Notes: generated by a model not told the origin, from the sequence alone. A stretch of 64,000 nucleotides of DNA from Promethearchaeota archaeon (GCA_048938855.1 JBHLLT010000002.1:192001-256000); one strand, 5' to 3'; positions 48,561-59,173 are shown, counted from the stretch's first letter. Made by a program: numbers and translations.

Positions 48561-49727
48561 TTGACCAATACTGAAAAATCAATCATTATAATGGTCAATT
48601 ACATTTATAAAGAATTCAAATCAGTTTTTAATAAGTTAAAGTATCCTGATTCATGGTTTTGGTCACGTTATACTCTAAATTCCTATTCTGGATGTGCTCA
48701 TGCATGTATTTATTGTGATGCACGAAGTCAGAGATATTATTTAGAAGATTTTGAAAATGAGGTAATTATTAAAAAAAATTTTGAAAAGAAATTAGATCTA
48801 AGGCTAAAAAGAGCACGAACCTTACTACCTGATGTAATTACTCCAGGTGGCGTTAATGACGCATATCAACCGATTGAAGAAAAAATTGAACTAACTAATA
48901 AAGTCATTCAAGTCATTGCTAAATATAAATATCCAATAAATATTGCTACAAAATCAAAATTGATAACCCGAGATATTGGTATTCTTAAAAAAATTGCTTT
49001 TGATACTTGGTGTACAGTAGGATTCTCAATAACAACCACTAATGAAGAAATGGCAAAATTCTTAGAGCCATACTCTTCAAATCCATCTGAAAGGTTTGAG
49101 GCTTTAAAAGATATTAAAAAGCAAGCTCCAAATATACAAGGGGGAATGTATCTAATTCCAATAATTCCATTTTTAACTGATAGTGAGGAGAATTTAGAGA
49201 ATGTTATTAGAAAATCTAAAGAAGCAGGAGCTGATTTTGTATTATTTTCACCAGGGTTAACATTACGAGACTCACAAGCTCAATATTTCATAAATAAATT
49301 GAAAAGAAGTAAGTTTGCCAATATAATTAAACCTCTTTTGAATTTATATAAAGGAGAGATGCATCCCCCTTCTAATTATTGCAAAATCATTAATGCTAAA
49401 GCTTTGAAATTATGCCAAAAATATAAAATTAATGTACGACTAAAGCGTTGGATACCCTCAGATTATCGTAAATGGAACTATAAAATTTCAGAATTACTTC
49501 TAAATAAAGGATATATGGATTCATTAAGAACTGGAAAATCAAATAAAACTATGATGTGGGCGGGATTGAACCTTAATAATCTTGAAGAATCAATATTAAA
49601 TGTATATGAAAGAAACGAATTACATACATTGAAAAATTTTAATTCAAAGGTAATAGAATTTATTAAACCTTATTTAGAAGGAGGTAAAGATTTAAAGCAA
49701 AAAAGTGGGTTAGAGAAGTTTTTATGA
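48561..49727 (+). CDS. Radical SAM protein, spore-photoproduct-lyase-like (Rv2578c-type) family
   Basis: YSGCAHACIYC (CxxxCxxC), DAYQPIE, IATKS, FSITT, LEP, PIIPFLTD; probable start is ATG 48591. Confidence 0.85.
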   Translation: MTNTEKSIIIMVNYIYKEFKSVFNKLKYPDSWFWSRYTLNSYSGCAHACIYCDARSQRYYLEDFENEVIIKKNFEKKLDLRLKRARTLLPDVITPGGVNDAYQPIEEKIELTNKVIQVIAKYKYPINIATKSKLITRDIGILKKIAFDTWCTVGFSITTTNEEMAKFLEPYSSNPSERFEALKDIKKQAPNIQGGMYLIPIIPFLTDSEENLENVIRKSKEAGADFVLFSPGLTLRDSQAQYFINKLKRSKFANIIKPLLNLYKGEMHPPSNYCKIINAKALKLCQKYKINVRLKRWIPSDYRKWNYKISELLLNKGYMDSLRTGKSNKTMMWAGLNLNNLEESILNVYERNELHTLKNFNSKVIEFIKPYLEGGKDLKQKSGLEKFL

Positions 49728-50461
49728 TAAGGAAAATAGTCCAGGAAGTAATAGAAGATTTGAAAATAACTGCTCCTGAATTAACATTTGAGCAAATTAA
49801 TCGAAGAAATAAAATAATTAACTCCGATAATCCCATGTTTATTTACTATGGGCACAAGATATCTGAAATTGAAAAAATTGCAAGAGCAATAGACAATAAA
49901 TATCAACTTAGTTATGAAGATTCTCTTGATGTTTTTAAAATACTTGTTAAATCTAATGTTCACGAAGAAAAATTCGCTGGGATTTTTTTTTTAAACTGCT
50001 CTAAAGTTCATTTTAATGAAACGGTTATAACAGTTTTTAAGAATGCACTTTCTAAATATTGTGATACATGGGCTTTTTGTGATACCAGTTGTATTAGAGT
50101 TCTAGGTCCATTCCTAGGGAAAAATAGGAATCAAGCATTAGCTGAATTAACTATTGATAATTGGTCTAAATCTGAATATTTATGGGTTAAACGAGCATCA
50201 TTGGTCATTCTTCTTAAGATTATTATGATTCACAGAGTATTTGATGATAAATATATTTATGATTTTGTTAACAACATGCTCAAACATCATGAAGTTTATA
50301 TTCAAAAAGGAATCGGATGGCTTTTAAAAACATGTTCTAGATATAATCCAGAATCAGTCTTTAAATATTTAATGAATAATAGAGAAAACCTCTCCAGTTT
50401 AATTCTTAGATATGCAAGTGAAAAGTTTCCCAAAGAAAAGAGAAAACTCCTTTTTAAATAA
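49724..50461 (+). CDS. DNA alkylation repair glycosylase, AlkD-like (HEAT repeat)
   Basis: HEEK, DTWAFCD, W.KR, YIQKGIGWLLK, LRYASEK; ATGA overlap with the radical SAM gene. Confidence 0.88.
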   Translation: MIRKIVQEVIEDLKITAPELTFEQINRRNKIINSDNPMFIYYGHKISEIEKIARAIDNKYQLSYEDSLDVFKILVKSNVHEEKFAGIFFLNCSKVHFNETVITVFKNALSKYCDTWAFCDTSCIRVLGPFLGKNRNQALAELTIDNWSKSEYLWVKRASLVILLKIIMIHRVFDDKYIYDFVNNMLKHHEVYIQKGIGWLLKTCSRYNPESVFKYLMNNRENLSSLILRYASEKFPKEKRKLLFK

Positions 50462-50553
50462 CTTATTTTAACACTTATATAATTCTAACAAAAATATTAT
50501 AAGGAAATTATCGTTTAATAAAAACTAACTCCAAGATTTCTTGAGAACATCAA

Positions 50554-52587
50554 ATGAGATCACAATTTAAATTTGATAAAAAAAAAGGAACTATTTTACC
50601 AATTTTATTCTCTCTTTTATGTATAAGTATTATAACTTTTAATATCTCGCAAGTTAATAGCGATAAAAACCTACTACCTTATAATAATGATAATATAATT
50701 GAGCATAATTTAAAAATATCTGAATTATCGGAAAAAATATATATCAACAACAATTGGACTACCATTAAAAATGCTGGAATATGTACAGGGAATGGTACGC
50801 CTTCCGATCCATATATTATAAAAGATTTAATAATTGATGGTAAAGGTTCAGGAAGCTGTATTTGGATAGAAAACTCTAATGCTTATTTCAAAATTAAAAA
50901 CTGTACACTTTTTAATTCAGGAAATGGATGGGGTGATTCAGGAATCTGTTTGTTTTTTGTAAATAATTCTCAAATCCTTAATAATACATGTTTAAATAAT
51001 TTCTACGGGATTTACTTGTATAGTAGTTATAATAACCATATTAAAGAAAATAAGGTAAATAGTAATCAAGATGGAATATATTTAAGCGGTGGAGCTTTTA
51101 ATAATGTATCACAAAATAACGCTTATGGTAATGAAAACTATGGGATTACTTTATTTTCTAATCAGAACAATACTATATCAAAAAATTTATTAATGAATAA
51201 TCTCTATGGGATAGAATTGGATACAAGCAATGATAATAGAATTTTAAAGAATACTCTAAATAAGAATGATGAACGAGGAATTAGTTTATACTACGTAGAG
51301 AATAATTCCATCACTGAAAATTACATAGGTGATAGCTATTTTGGAATATACTTATTTGTAAGTAAGAATAACAACATCTCTAATAATAAAGTAAATAACA
51401 ACCAAATAGGAGTATTTTTATATTTATGTTATAATGACTTAATCTTAGGAAATAATGTGAGTGATAATGAAGTTGCATTATTTTTACGCGACTGCGAGAA
51501 TACTGTCGCTTCAAGCAATTTTTTTAATAATTGTGGAATTTTTCTCTCGGGGGAGCTAAATCTTCTGATTTCCCATGATCTTGATACTTCAAATCTAATT
51601 AATGGAAGACCACTATATTTTTATACTAGTAGATTGAATTTAGGGTCAAATGATTTCTTTAATGCAGGACAAGTAATATTAGTAGATTGTAATGATTCAA
51701 AAATATCTGATTTACATATTTCTGATGCTTCCCTTGGAATTTCACTTTATTATTGCAATAATATTAATATTTCGAGAAATGAGATTAAATATAATAAGGT
51801 TCATGGGTTCAACTTAAATTATTGTTTCAATATTAGTTTATGTAATAACAATATGAGTGAGAATGAGAATGGAGTTTACTTAGAAAATAGTGATTTTAAT
51901 TTGATTTTTGACAATTTAATATTTAGAAATAACAAAGGAATACATTTGATAAATAGTACTGAAAATAGAATATCAGAAAACATAATATATAATGAAAATG
52001 TTAATGGGATATATTTAGAGGCAAGTATTGGTAATTCAGTTTTAGATAATAACATTTTTGAGAATAATATTGGAATTTATTTTAGTTCTTATAGCAATTA
52101 CAATACTATTTCAGGAAATATTGTTAATTACAATACGTGGGGTATTTATTTAGAAGTTAGTGATTACAATTCTGTTTTCGATAATACCGCAAATTCTAAT
52201 ACAGAATCTGGGATTTATATCACTTTGAGTTTTGACAATACTATTTCGGAAAACACCGCAAATAATAATAATGGATCAGGTATATTTCTCTTCAAAAGTG
52301 ATTATACTGTTGTTTCGAGGAATACAGTAAATAATAACAATAGGGGGATCTATTTATATTTCAGTGATTATAACAGAATTTTTGGAAATACACTAATAGG
52401 AAATAATGAATGTATCGCAGAAGATCAATGTCAAGAAAATGTATTTAGAAATAATGGTTCATGTTCCTATGGTATCATAATATCAGATATTTCAATGTAT
52501 ATTCTATTTGCGGCACTTGGTATTGTCTCTGCTGTGATTCTTATCATAAGTGTATTCGTGAAAAAATCTTCAAAAGCAAAATCGTAA
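50554..52587 (+). CDS. Surface NosD/CASH parallel beta-helix protein, membrane-anchored at both ends
   Basis: N-terminal TM, GNGTPSDPYII motif, more than 20 GIYL..S.NN.I..N repeats, C-terminal TM and basic tail. Confidence 0.88.
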   Translation: MRSQFKFDKKKGTILPILFSLLCISIITFNISQVNSDKNLLPYNNDNIIEHNLKISELSEKIYINNNWTTIKNAGICTGNGTPSDPYIIKDLIIDGKGSGSCIWIENSNAYFKIKNCTLFNSGNGWGDSGICLFFVNNSQILNNTCLNNFYGIYLYSSYNNHIKENKVNSNQDGIYLSGGAFNNVSQNNAYGNENYGITLFSNQNNTISKNLLMNNLYGIELDTSNDNRILKNTLNKNDERGISLYYVENNSITENYIGDSYFGIYLFVSKNNNISNNKVNNNQIGVFLYLCYNDLILGNNVSDNEVALFLRDCENTVASSNFFNNCGIFLSGELNLLISHDLDTSNLINGRPLYFYTSRLNLGSNDFFNAGQVILVDCNDSKISDLHISDASLGISLYYCNNINISRNEIKYNKVHGFNLNYCFNISLCNNNMSENENGVYLENSDFNLIFDNLIFRNNKGIHLINSTENRISENIIYNENVNGIYLEASIGNSVLDNNIFENNIGIYFSSYSNYNTISGNIVNYNTWGIYLEVSDYNSVFDNTANSNTESGIYITLSFDNTISENTANNNNGSGIFLFKSDYTVVSRNTVNNNNRGIYLYFSDYNRIFGNTLIGNNECIAEDQCQENVFRNNGSCSYGIIISDISMYILFAALGIVSAVILIISVFVKKSSKAKS

Positions 52588-52714
52588 TGAGATTAGTTTA
52601 AATAAGCATTACACATACATGAAAAAACTTTATATGATATTTTTTCCTTTTTAAATTACGAATTTTGATATTTTGAAAACTTAAACGTTTTATAAAATAT
52701 AAATTCTCAGTACC

Positions 52715-52819
52715 GGCAAAGTGGCGTAGCCCGGAGTGCATTGGAATATTCCCGATGACGGGTAGGAACGCACTAGACTGAAGATCTAGGTATCGTGAGT
52801 TCAAATCTCACCTTTGCCA
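52715..52819 (+). tRNA. tRNA-Phe (anticodon GAA) with a ~31-nt intron in the D-loop (52735-52765)
   Basis: Acceptor GGCAAAG/CTTTGCC+A, anticodon arm CTAGA-CTGAAGA-TCTAG, T arm GTGAG-TTCAAAT-CTCAC; D stem GCGT/ACGC encloses 40 nt. Confidence 0.88.
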
Positions 52820-52950
52820 TATTATTTTTCATTTCTGTTTAACCTTGATTGAATGTCACTCATGGCAAAGCTCTTTTTTGATTGTTAAATTAATATTACT
52901 AATCTATTAAAAATATAATAAAGATATTTAATCAAGATGTTTAGATTAAG

Positions 52951-54144
52951 ATGAAATACAATTTTGATAGAGTTATCGATCGTTCTCAAACTAATTCAGT
53001 TAAGTGGAACAAAAACTTTTTAAAAGAGGAGTTTGGATCGGATGATGTCTTACCACTTTGGGTAGCAGATATGGATTTTCAATGCCCCCAATCTATTATA
53101 GATGCTTTAAAGAGACGGATTGATGAAGAAATTTTTGGGTATTGCTGGTATAAAACTCCCAACTATTTGAATGCAGTTTCAGACTGGATGAAACGAAGAC
53201 ATGGATGGAAAATTGATGATGATTGGATAATCCCTAGTCCTGGCATTGTTTCCGCTATTTATATGCTTGTTCAGACTTTTACAAATGTGGGAGAAAAAGT
53301 TATCATCCAACCACCAGTTTATTATCCATTTTTCAGTGCTATAGAAAATAATGGACGTAATTTAGCACTAAATCAATTAGTTTATGAGAACAAGAGGTAT
53401 ACATTTGATTTTGATGATTTCGAGAAAAAAGCTAAGGATCCATTAACTAAAATGTTTATCCTCTGTAGTCCTCATAATCCTGTAGGGCGGGTATGGACTG
53501 AAAAAGAACTCAAAGAACTAGGAGATATTTGTTTAGAAAATGATGTATTAATTATTTCAGATGAAATTCATCACGACCTAATTCTTTCGGGACATAAGCA
53601 TACTCTTTTTTCAACAATATCGAAAGAATTTGAGAATAATACTATCATGTGTACAGCGCCAAGTAAAACTTTTAATATCGCTGGGTTAAAAACCTCAAAT
53701 ATAATAATTCCAGATGAAAAATTAAGAGGTTCTTTCTTAAATACGATATCCAAGAGAAATAGTGTTATGAGTCCTAATGTATTTGGTATAACCGCATTAA
53801 TAGCTGCTTATAATGAAGGAGAGGAGTGGTTAACTCAAGTAATAAGTTATATCGAAGCAAATTTTAGTTTTTTAAAAGAATTTATCAATGAAAACCTACC
53901 TGACATTGACTTTATTGAACCAGAGGGGACCTATCTTGCCTGGTTAGATTGTAATAGATTGAGAATGAACGATGAAACACTTAATGAGTTTATTTTAAAA
54001 AAAGCAAAGGTAGCTCTTGATGATGGCAAAATTTTTGGTCCTGGAGGAGAAGGATTTGAAAGAATAAATGTAGGATGTCCACAATCAATATTGAAGGAGT
54101 GTGTGACTAGAATCAATGAAGCTTTAAAAAAAGAAGCTAAATAA
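52951..54144 (+). CDS. PLP-dependent C-S lyase (PatB/MalY family)
   Basis: LPLWVADMDF, LCSPHNPVGR, ISDEIH, APSKTFNIAG, EGTYLAWLD. Confidence 0.92.
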   Translation: MKYNFDRVIDRSQTNSVKWNKNFLKEEFGSDDVLPLWVADMDFQCPQSIIDALKRRIDEEIFGYCWYKTPNYLNAVSDWMKRRHGWKIDDDWIIPSPGIVSAIYMLVQTFTNVGEKVIIQPPVYYPFFSAIENNGRNLALNQLVYENKRYTFDFDDFEKKAKDPLTKMFILCSPHNPVGRVWTEKELKELGDICLENDVLIISDEIHHDLILSGHKHTLFSTISKEFENNTIMCTAPSKTFNIAGLKTSNIIIPDEKLRGSFLNTISKRNSVMSPNVFGITALIAAYNEGEEWLTQVISYIEANFSFLKEFINENLPDIDFIEPEGTYLAWLDCNRLRMNDETLNEFILKKAKVALDDGKIFGPGGEGFERINVGCPQSILKECVTRINEALKKEAK

Positions 54145-54152
54145 TCCTTATA

Positions 54153-54680
54153 TCATAAATTAGATAGCAATGGAGTGTGATTCCTGCGTGAATCAAGGAA
54201 AATTAATCCCTTGAAATCCTCGTTATTATCATCAATAAATTCCCAGAATTCATCATAAATTTCTTTAAGAGACATTTTTTTCTTGTGGAACTCTTTTTTA
54301 TGCTGTTCTTGACTTATTTTATTTTTAGAAATGGTAGGTTTATACTCAAGATAATTACCTTCAAGTATTAGATTTTCAAAAATGTCTTCTTCATTTCTTT
54401 TAGAATTCTTAAATTTGGAACCTATTTCTTGAGATGATTTGTTTTCAAACTCAAAATCTACTCTTTGATATCCGCGTACTTGAAATTGTTTATCTACGAA
54501 AGCTTGAAACTGGTGTTGGCACACTAAACCTCTAGCAATTGACATTGTGGTAAGTTGTTTTGATTCAGCAATGACAGATTTAGGAACATTCAATAATTTT
54601 TTTGATTTGCAAACTGGACAAATAAATTCAACCTTTGAGGTTTCAAATGAAATTTTGCCTTTAAATTCTGTAACTGCCAT
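54153..54680 (-). CDS. Zinc-ribbon domain hypothetical protein
   Basis: CPVC...CQHQFQAFVDKQFQVRGYQ. Confidence 0.7.
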   Translation of the reverse strand: MAVTEFKGKISFETSKVEFICPVCKSKKLLNVPKSVIAESKQLTTMSIARGLVCQHQFQAFVDKQFQVRGYQRVDFEFENKSSQEIGSKFKNSKRNEEDIFENLILEGNYLEYKPTISKNKISQEQHKKEFHKKKMSLKEIYDEFWEFIDDNNEDFKGLIFLDSRRNHTPLLSNL

Positions 54681-54800
54681 TAAAACACCTTCTTGAGATA
54701 TTCTAAAATTATTAATAAAAACCCCATTTAATTGCTAGAAAAAAGATTAAAATTTAAGATTAAAGAGATAAAACATTAAGTAATTTATTAATAACTATAA

Positions 54801-55343
54801 TTAAGCATTACCAGGATTAAATTTAATATTCATATTAGTCTCATCCAACTCAAATGTTATTTCTAAATTAGTTATAAAATCACTTTCTATTTTGAATACA
54901 TGTAAACCTTTAGTGAATTTTTTTGCTGTATTATCGTCTATTTTTATTAAAAGACCAATACTATCACCTACGTTAATCAGACGTCCACTAAGTTTACCTT
55001 GTAAAATATCATTAATCTTAAACGACTCACCTTTATGATAAATCAACAAACGATTCTCAACACTGTTCTTATTAAAACTTTGCTTAGTAAAATCTAAAGG
55101 TAAATCATCTAATAGAAACTTGCCATATTGTGAAATATCAAAACTGCTTGAGTCAATATCTTTTAGACTGAAGTCTCCTATCTCAATTTCTTCTGGAATA
55201 GCAAAAGGTATTATTAAATTTAGAACTTTTATTTGGAGAGAATCGACATTCCCATCCCCATTAGTATCAACAGTATATACACTTTCCTTTAGGGGAAGCA
55301 TTTTCCTTATAAGTACTTTGAAGGCAGATAGATCATAGGGCAT
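54801..55343 (-). CDS. Hypothetical beta-rich protein with a DxNxDG calcium-binding-like loop
   Basis: DTNGDGNVDS near the N-terminus. Confidence 0.6.
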   Translation of the reverse strand: MPYDLSAFKVLIRKMLPLKESVYTVDTNGDGNVDSLQIKVLNLIIPFAIPEEIEIGDFSLKDIDSSSFDISQYGKFLLDDLPLDFTKQSFNKNSVENRLLIYHKGESFKINDILQGKLSGRLINVGDSIGLLIKIDDNTAKKFTKGLHVFKIESDFITNLEITFELDETNMNIKFNPGNA

Positions 55344-55396
55344 AAGTCGTTAACCTATTAATTTTTTATGAATGAATAATTTAACTATTTAAAATA

Positions 55397-56437
55397 TTAA
55401 TATTTTTCTACTTCAGAAATCCTTACAGGACGATTTTCTTTATATGATTTATGAGCAGCTAGTGCTATTAGAACATTTTGTAATCCATCTTCCCCATTTG
55501 GTTTAGGCTCAGCATTTTTACGTAAGCATTGGAAAAAGTATTTCAATTCAGTTGAATAAGATTCCATATATCTGTCTATGAAAAAATAGGGAATTTTATC
55601 AATATTTGTACATTCAGAAGTATAAATACGAACTGTATTTGTTGCCTCATTATCTGCTATAACACATCCTTTTGAGCCAAATACTTCAACACGTTGATCA
55701 TACCCATAAACTGCCTGACGCGTATTATCTATTATTCCAAAAGCACCGTTTTCGAATTTTAATACAGCTACAGCAGTATCTATATCTCCTACATTGCCAA
55801 TTTCATTATCAATAAGAACTGCTCCAGTAGCATATACTTCCTTTACTTCACTCCTAACTTGGTATCTTGCCATATCCCAATCGTGAATGGTCATATCAAA
55901 AAAAATTCCCCCTGAAGCCTTAATATAATCAATAGGTGGAGGTGCAGGGTCTCGGGAAGTAATTTTAACAATTTGAGGTTCACCAATTTGACCAGAAGAG
56001 ACTGTTTCATAGCATCTTAAAAAGTTACGATCAAAACGACGATTAAAACCCACCATAAGTTTAACTTCTTTTCTATTAACGATTGAAAGAGTTTCTTGAA
56101 TGCGTTTTATATCTGTACCTATAGGTTTTTCGCAGAAGATATGTTTTTTTACTTTTGCTGCTTTTTGAATAAATTTTGCATGGGTATTTGTAGGGGAACA
56201 AATTAAAACAATTTCAATTTCGGGATCTGTAAAAATTTCGTTGGGATCATTAGTGAGTCTGGGAACACCCCTATCTAATGCCCATTTTCTCATAGTCTCA
56301 TCAATTTTAATATCTGCGACAATTTTTAGCTTTACTTCTGAAATTTTCTGTAATAAATTCTCAATATGAATTTTACCAATTCTACCAGCTCCTATTAAAC
56401 CTACACAAAAGGATTTCGTCAATAAATAACACTTCAA
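55397..56437 (-). CDS. iolG: myo-inositol 2-dehydrogenase (Gfo/Idh/MocA family)
   Basis: GLIGAGRIG, CEKP, GFNRRFD, SRDP, DMTIHD, YGYDQRVEVFG. Confidence 0.88.
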   Translation of the reverse strand: MKCYLLTKSFCVGLIGAGRIGKIHIENLLQKISEVKLKIVADIKIDETMRKWALDRGVPRLTNDPNEIFTDPEIEIVLICSPTNTHAKFIQKAAKVKKHIFCEKPIGTDIKRIQETLSIVNRKEVKLMVGFNRRFDRNFLRCYETVSSGQIGEPQIVKITSRDPAPPPIDYIKASGGIFFDMTIHDWDMARYQVRSEVKEVYATGAVLIDNEIGNVGDIDTAVAVLKFENGAFGIIDNTRQAVYGYDQRVEVFGSKGCVIADNEATNTVRIYTSECTNIDKIPYFFIDRYMESYSTELKYFFQCLRKNAEPKPNGEDGLQNVLIALAAHKSYKENRPVRISEVEKY

Positions 56438-56545
56438 ACCTTTGCAAATTTGTTAATTTTAAATTTTCTTAAGAAGAATAATATATTTATATTTAACTAA
56501 GGTTAAATTGAATTAATTAATTAAAATTTTTTAAAAAGTGTTGTT

Positions 56546-57754
56546 ATGAGTGAAGAAAAAATAAAAGTTTATGGATATCGATGGGTTGTGCTGTTGTTGT
56601 TTATGTTATTAAATATAACAGTACAAATACTTTGGATAACTTTTGCCGCTGTTACTGTACCAGCGCAAGTATACTTTGGAGGGGTTGATGAGTTATCTAT
56701 ATTTCTGCTATCTGCTATTTATATGATAATCTATATCCCAGATACTTTTTTAGCTTCTTGGTTGATCGATAAGTATGATTTTAAAATAGGATGTGGTATA
56801 GGAGCGGTATTAGTGGCAATTTTCGGTTTTTTACGTTTTTTTGCTGGGCCAGATTATTTATTGATGCTGATTTTTACAATTGGTATAGCAATTGGACAAC
56901 CATTTGTTATGAATAGTATAACTAAATTATCTGGTAATTGGTTTCCTAAAAGTGAACGAACTACTGCAACTGGCCTTGGTACACTTTCAATGTTCATTGG
57001 AATTCTGTTAGGGGTTCTCTTAACACCATTTCTTATAGTAGGTAATGATCTTGGCATTATGTTATTCATCTATGGAATCTTAAGCTTGATAATTGGAGCC
57101 CTTTTTGTAATTTTTGCAAAGAGTAGACCCTTAACACCCGCTTCTTCGGAACCTGTTAGTGAAAGAGTTTTAATGGGGGCAGGTTTGAGGAAATTATTTA
57201 CAAATAAATCATTTTGGATTTTGGTTTTCTTATTCTTCATAGGGTTAGGGATTTTTAATATGATAACAACATATATTCAAGTAATTTTGAATCCTTTAAT
57301 TTATGGAGATATTTTTGCGGGGATTGTTGGTGGAATTATGCTTCTTGGAGGAATTCTAGGAGCTATTATCTTATCAGCTCTTTCTGATAAATTTCAAAAA
57401 AAAGTAATAATAACGATAATTGCTTTAGCAATTGCTACTATTTCTTTATTCATTTTTACATTTGTGGCTGATGAAATTTCTCTAATTATCACAGCATTCT
57501 TATTTGGATTTGGATTGCTTGGTGCTGCCCCTGTAGCGTTAGAATATGCAGTAGACATCACCAAACCAGTTCCAGAAGCAAGTTCAAATGGAATATTGAT
57601 GATGGTTGGACAAATCGGGGGTATAGTTTTTATATTAGGATTAGCAGATCTAAAGTTACCAAGTGGAGATTATTTTCCAGCACTACTCTTAGAAGCTATT
57701 TTAATAGGTATTGCTTTAATATTGTCATTCTTCCTTAAAAAAGTGAAGCAATGA
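56546..57754 (+). CDS. MFS transporter (FLVCR/SLC49-like)
   Basis: 12 TM; KVYGYRWVVL, GQPF...WFPKSERTTA, ALEYAVDITKPVPEASSNG. Confidence 0.88.
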   Translation: MSEEKIKVYGYRWVVLLLFMLLNITVQILWITFAAVTVPAQVYFGGVDELSIFLLSAIYMIIYIPDTFLASWLIDKYDFKIGCGIGAVLVAIFGFLRFFAGPDYLLMLIFTIGIAIGQPFVMNSITKLSGNWFPKSERTTATGLGTLSMFIGILLGVLLTPFLIVGNDLGIMLFIYGILSLIIGALFVIFAKSRPLTPASSEPVSERVLMGAGLRKLFTNKSFWILVFLFFIGLGIFNMITTYIQVILNPLIYGDIFAGIVGGIMLLGGILGAIILSALSDKFQKKVIITIIALAIATISLFIFTFVADEISLIITAFLFGFGLLGAAPVALEYAVDITKPVPEASSNGILMMVGQIGGIVFILGLADLKLPSGDYFPALLLEAILIGIALILSFFLKKVKQ

Positions 57755-57874
57755 TTCATAAATTCCTCTTTTATTTCTTTTTTTAATTTTCTAACTAATG
57801 ATACTTTATTATTACGAAATAAAACATTTAGAATTTTGAATACACTTGAGTACTAAAAATTAAAATAGGTACAA

Positions 57875-58231
57875 CTAATTAGTCCTCACGCATTCATTTA
57901 TAACATCAAAAATCTGAGAAAAATCTAATTGATCATCCAATAAAGTTATTATAATTTTCCCCATAAATTTAATTGAAAATAGATAATAGTTGCTAGCATG
58001 AATTAAGTTAAAATCTGGGTTATGAACTCCTATTTCCGAAGTAATTTCTTCAGCTAATTCATACAACTGTGACATGTTCAATCCTATTGATGTTTTATTA
58101 AATTCTTCGTTAATATATGATTTGATTACAGCACCATTCTCAGAAGTGATTATAACAAAATATAAACCCGATTCTCCAAACTTTTTGATTAAAGAGTCAA
58201 GAACTAAATCGACTTCTAGAGATGCAGTCAT
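57875..58231 (-). CDS. Roadblock/profilin-fold-like small protein
   Basis: Helix, FVIITSENGAVIKS, helix, three strands, helix. Confidence 0.6.
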   Translation of the reverse strand: MTASLEVDLVLDSLIKKFGESGLYFVIITSENGAVIKSYINEEFNKTSIGLNMSQLYELAEEITSEIGVHNPDFNLIHASNYYLFSIKFMGKIIITLLDDQLDFSQIFDVINECVRTN

Positions 58232-58354
58232 TGTAATATAATTTAATGGTTTGCTTATTTATAATTTTAGGTAAAATTAAATATTTCTACCTAAAATCTT
58301 TTAGTTTTTCTTTAATACTAAAAGCAAATTTTTTAATAATGATTTTAGAGAGTT

Positions 58355-59173
58355 TTATATCTCAAAATATTGCTCAATAACATTTTCGAATTCATGAAAT
58401 GGACTTAAATCCCCTTTAAATCCTATTACATGAGACTTATAGTACGTGTCTAAGAATTCTTCTACAACCAATTGCATATATCTTTTAATATTTTCAGTTC
58501 TTTTATCTTTATCAATTATATATGCAAAAATGACATCTTTCTTAGTTTTTAAGAATAAATGACAACCCCCAAGATTTATATCCTCAAGTTTTAAGCCATA
58601 TTCTTCACCAGCAATAAAGTCTTGAGCATAAATCAATATTGCTGAAATAAAACCTGCGATTTGGAAGTTATTATTTGCCATATTGGGTCTATCTTTTTTC
58701 ACTTTTGAAAAATATAAAAATCCTGCTTTATCTATGATAAATATCCCAATTAATCCCTTTGCTTTGGGAATAGTGATACTGCTAATACAAAATTGTCTTA
58801 ACTCTGTGTCTAATATATCTGAGCACATACATTGGAAAATTCTTTTTGATAAATAATATAAGTTAGTATAGTTCATTTGATTTTCTGTTTTATCAATATA
58901 CATAAAAATTATTTTGCTTTTTTGTTTCTTTTCAAAGAAATTTATATATACTGTAAGGCTTCCAATATTATCTTTTATATATCCTTGCCTTTTATTATAA
59001 ATTTGATCTTTGTATAAGTCAATTATTTTCATTGTAAGTGTGATACCAATACCTTTTTGGAAAAGGATATCAAAATTACCACCAATGTTTAATTCTGAGA
59101 TAGTAAAACCTCTTAAGTGAAAATTCTGGGAGGTTTCCTCTAAATTTTGATAGTTATCATTTATGGTAATCAT
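58355..59173 (-). CDS. Protein with a C-terminal longin/Roadblock-like domain
   Basis: IFIIDKAGFLYFS...IAGFISAILIYAQD...LEDINLG...IFAYII...FLDTY...F..FENVIE. Confidence 0.6.
   Translation of the reverse strand: MITINDNYQNLEETSQNFHLRGFTISELNIGGNFDILFQKGIGITLTMKIIDLYKDQIYNKRQGYIKDNIGSLTVYINFFEKKQKSKIIFMYIDKTENQMNYTNLYYLSKRIFQCMCSDILDTELRQFCISSITIPKAKGLIGIFIIDKAGFLYFSKVKKDRPNMANNNFQIAGFISAILIYAQDFIAGEEYGLKLEDINLGGCHLFLKTKKDVIFAYIIDKDKRTENIKRYMQLVVEEFLDTYYKSHVIGFKGDLSPFHEFENVIEQYFEI

Noticed and set aside
50900-52450. Repetitive Asn-rich DNA as a possible CRISPR or tandem repeat
   Set aside because: The repetition is at the protein level (beta-helix), degenerate in DNA, with no repeat-spacer structure.
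52598-52804. 68-aa minus-strand ORF
   Set aside because: It is antisense to tRNA-Phe and has no protein features.
48209-52819. Integrated element between the two tRNA genes
   Set aside because: No integrase, no duplicated tRNA 3' end (att site) and no evident compositional shift.
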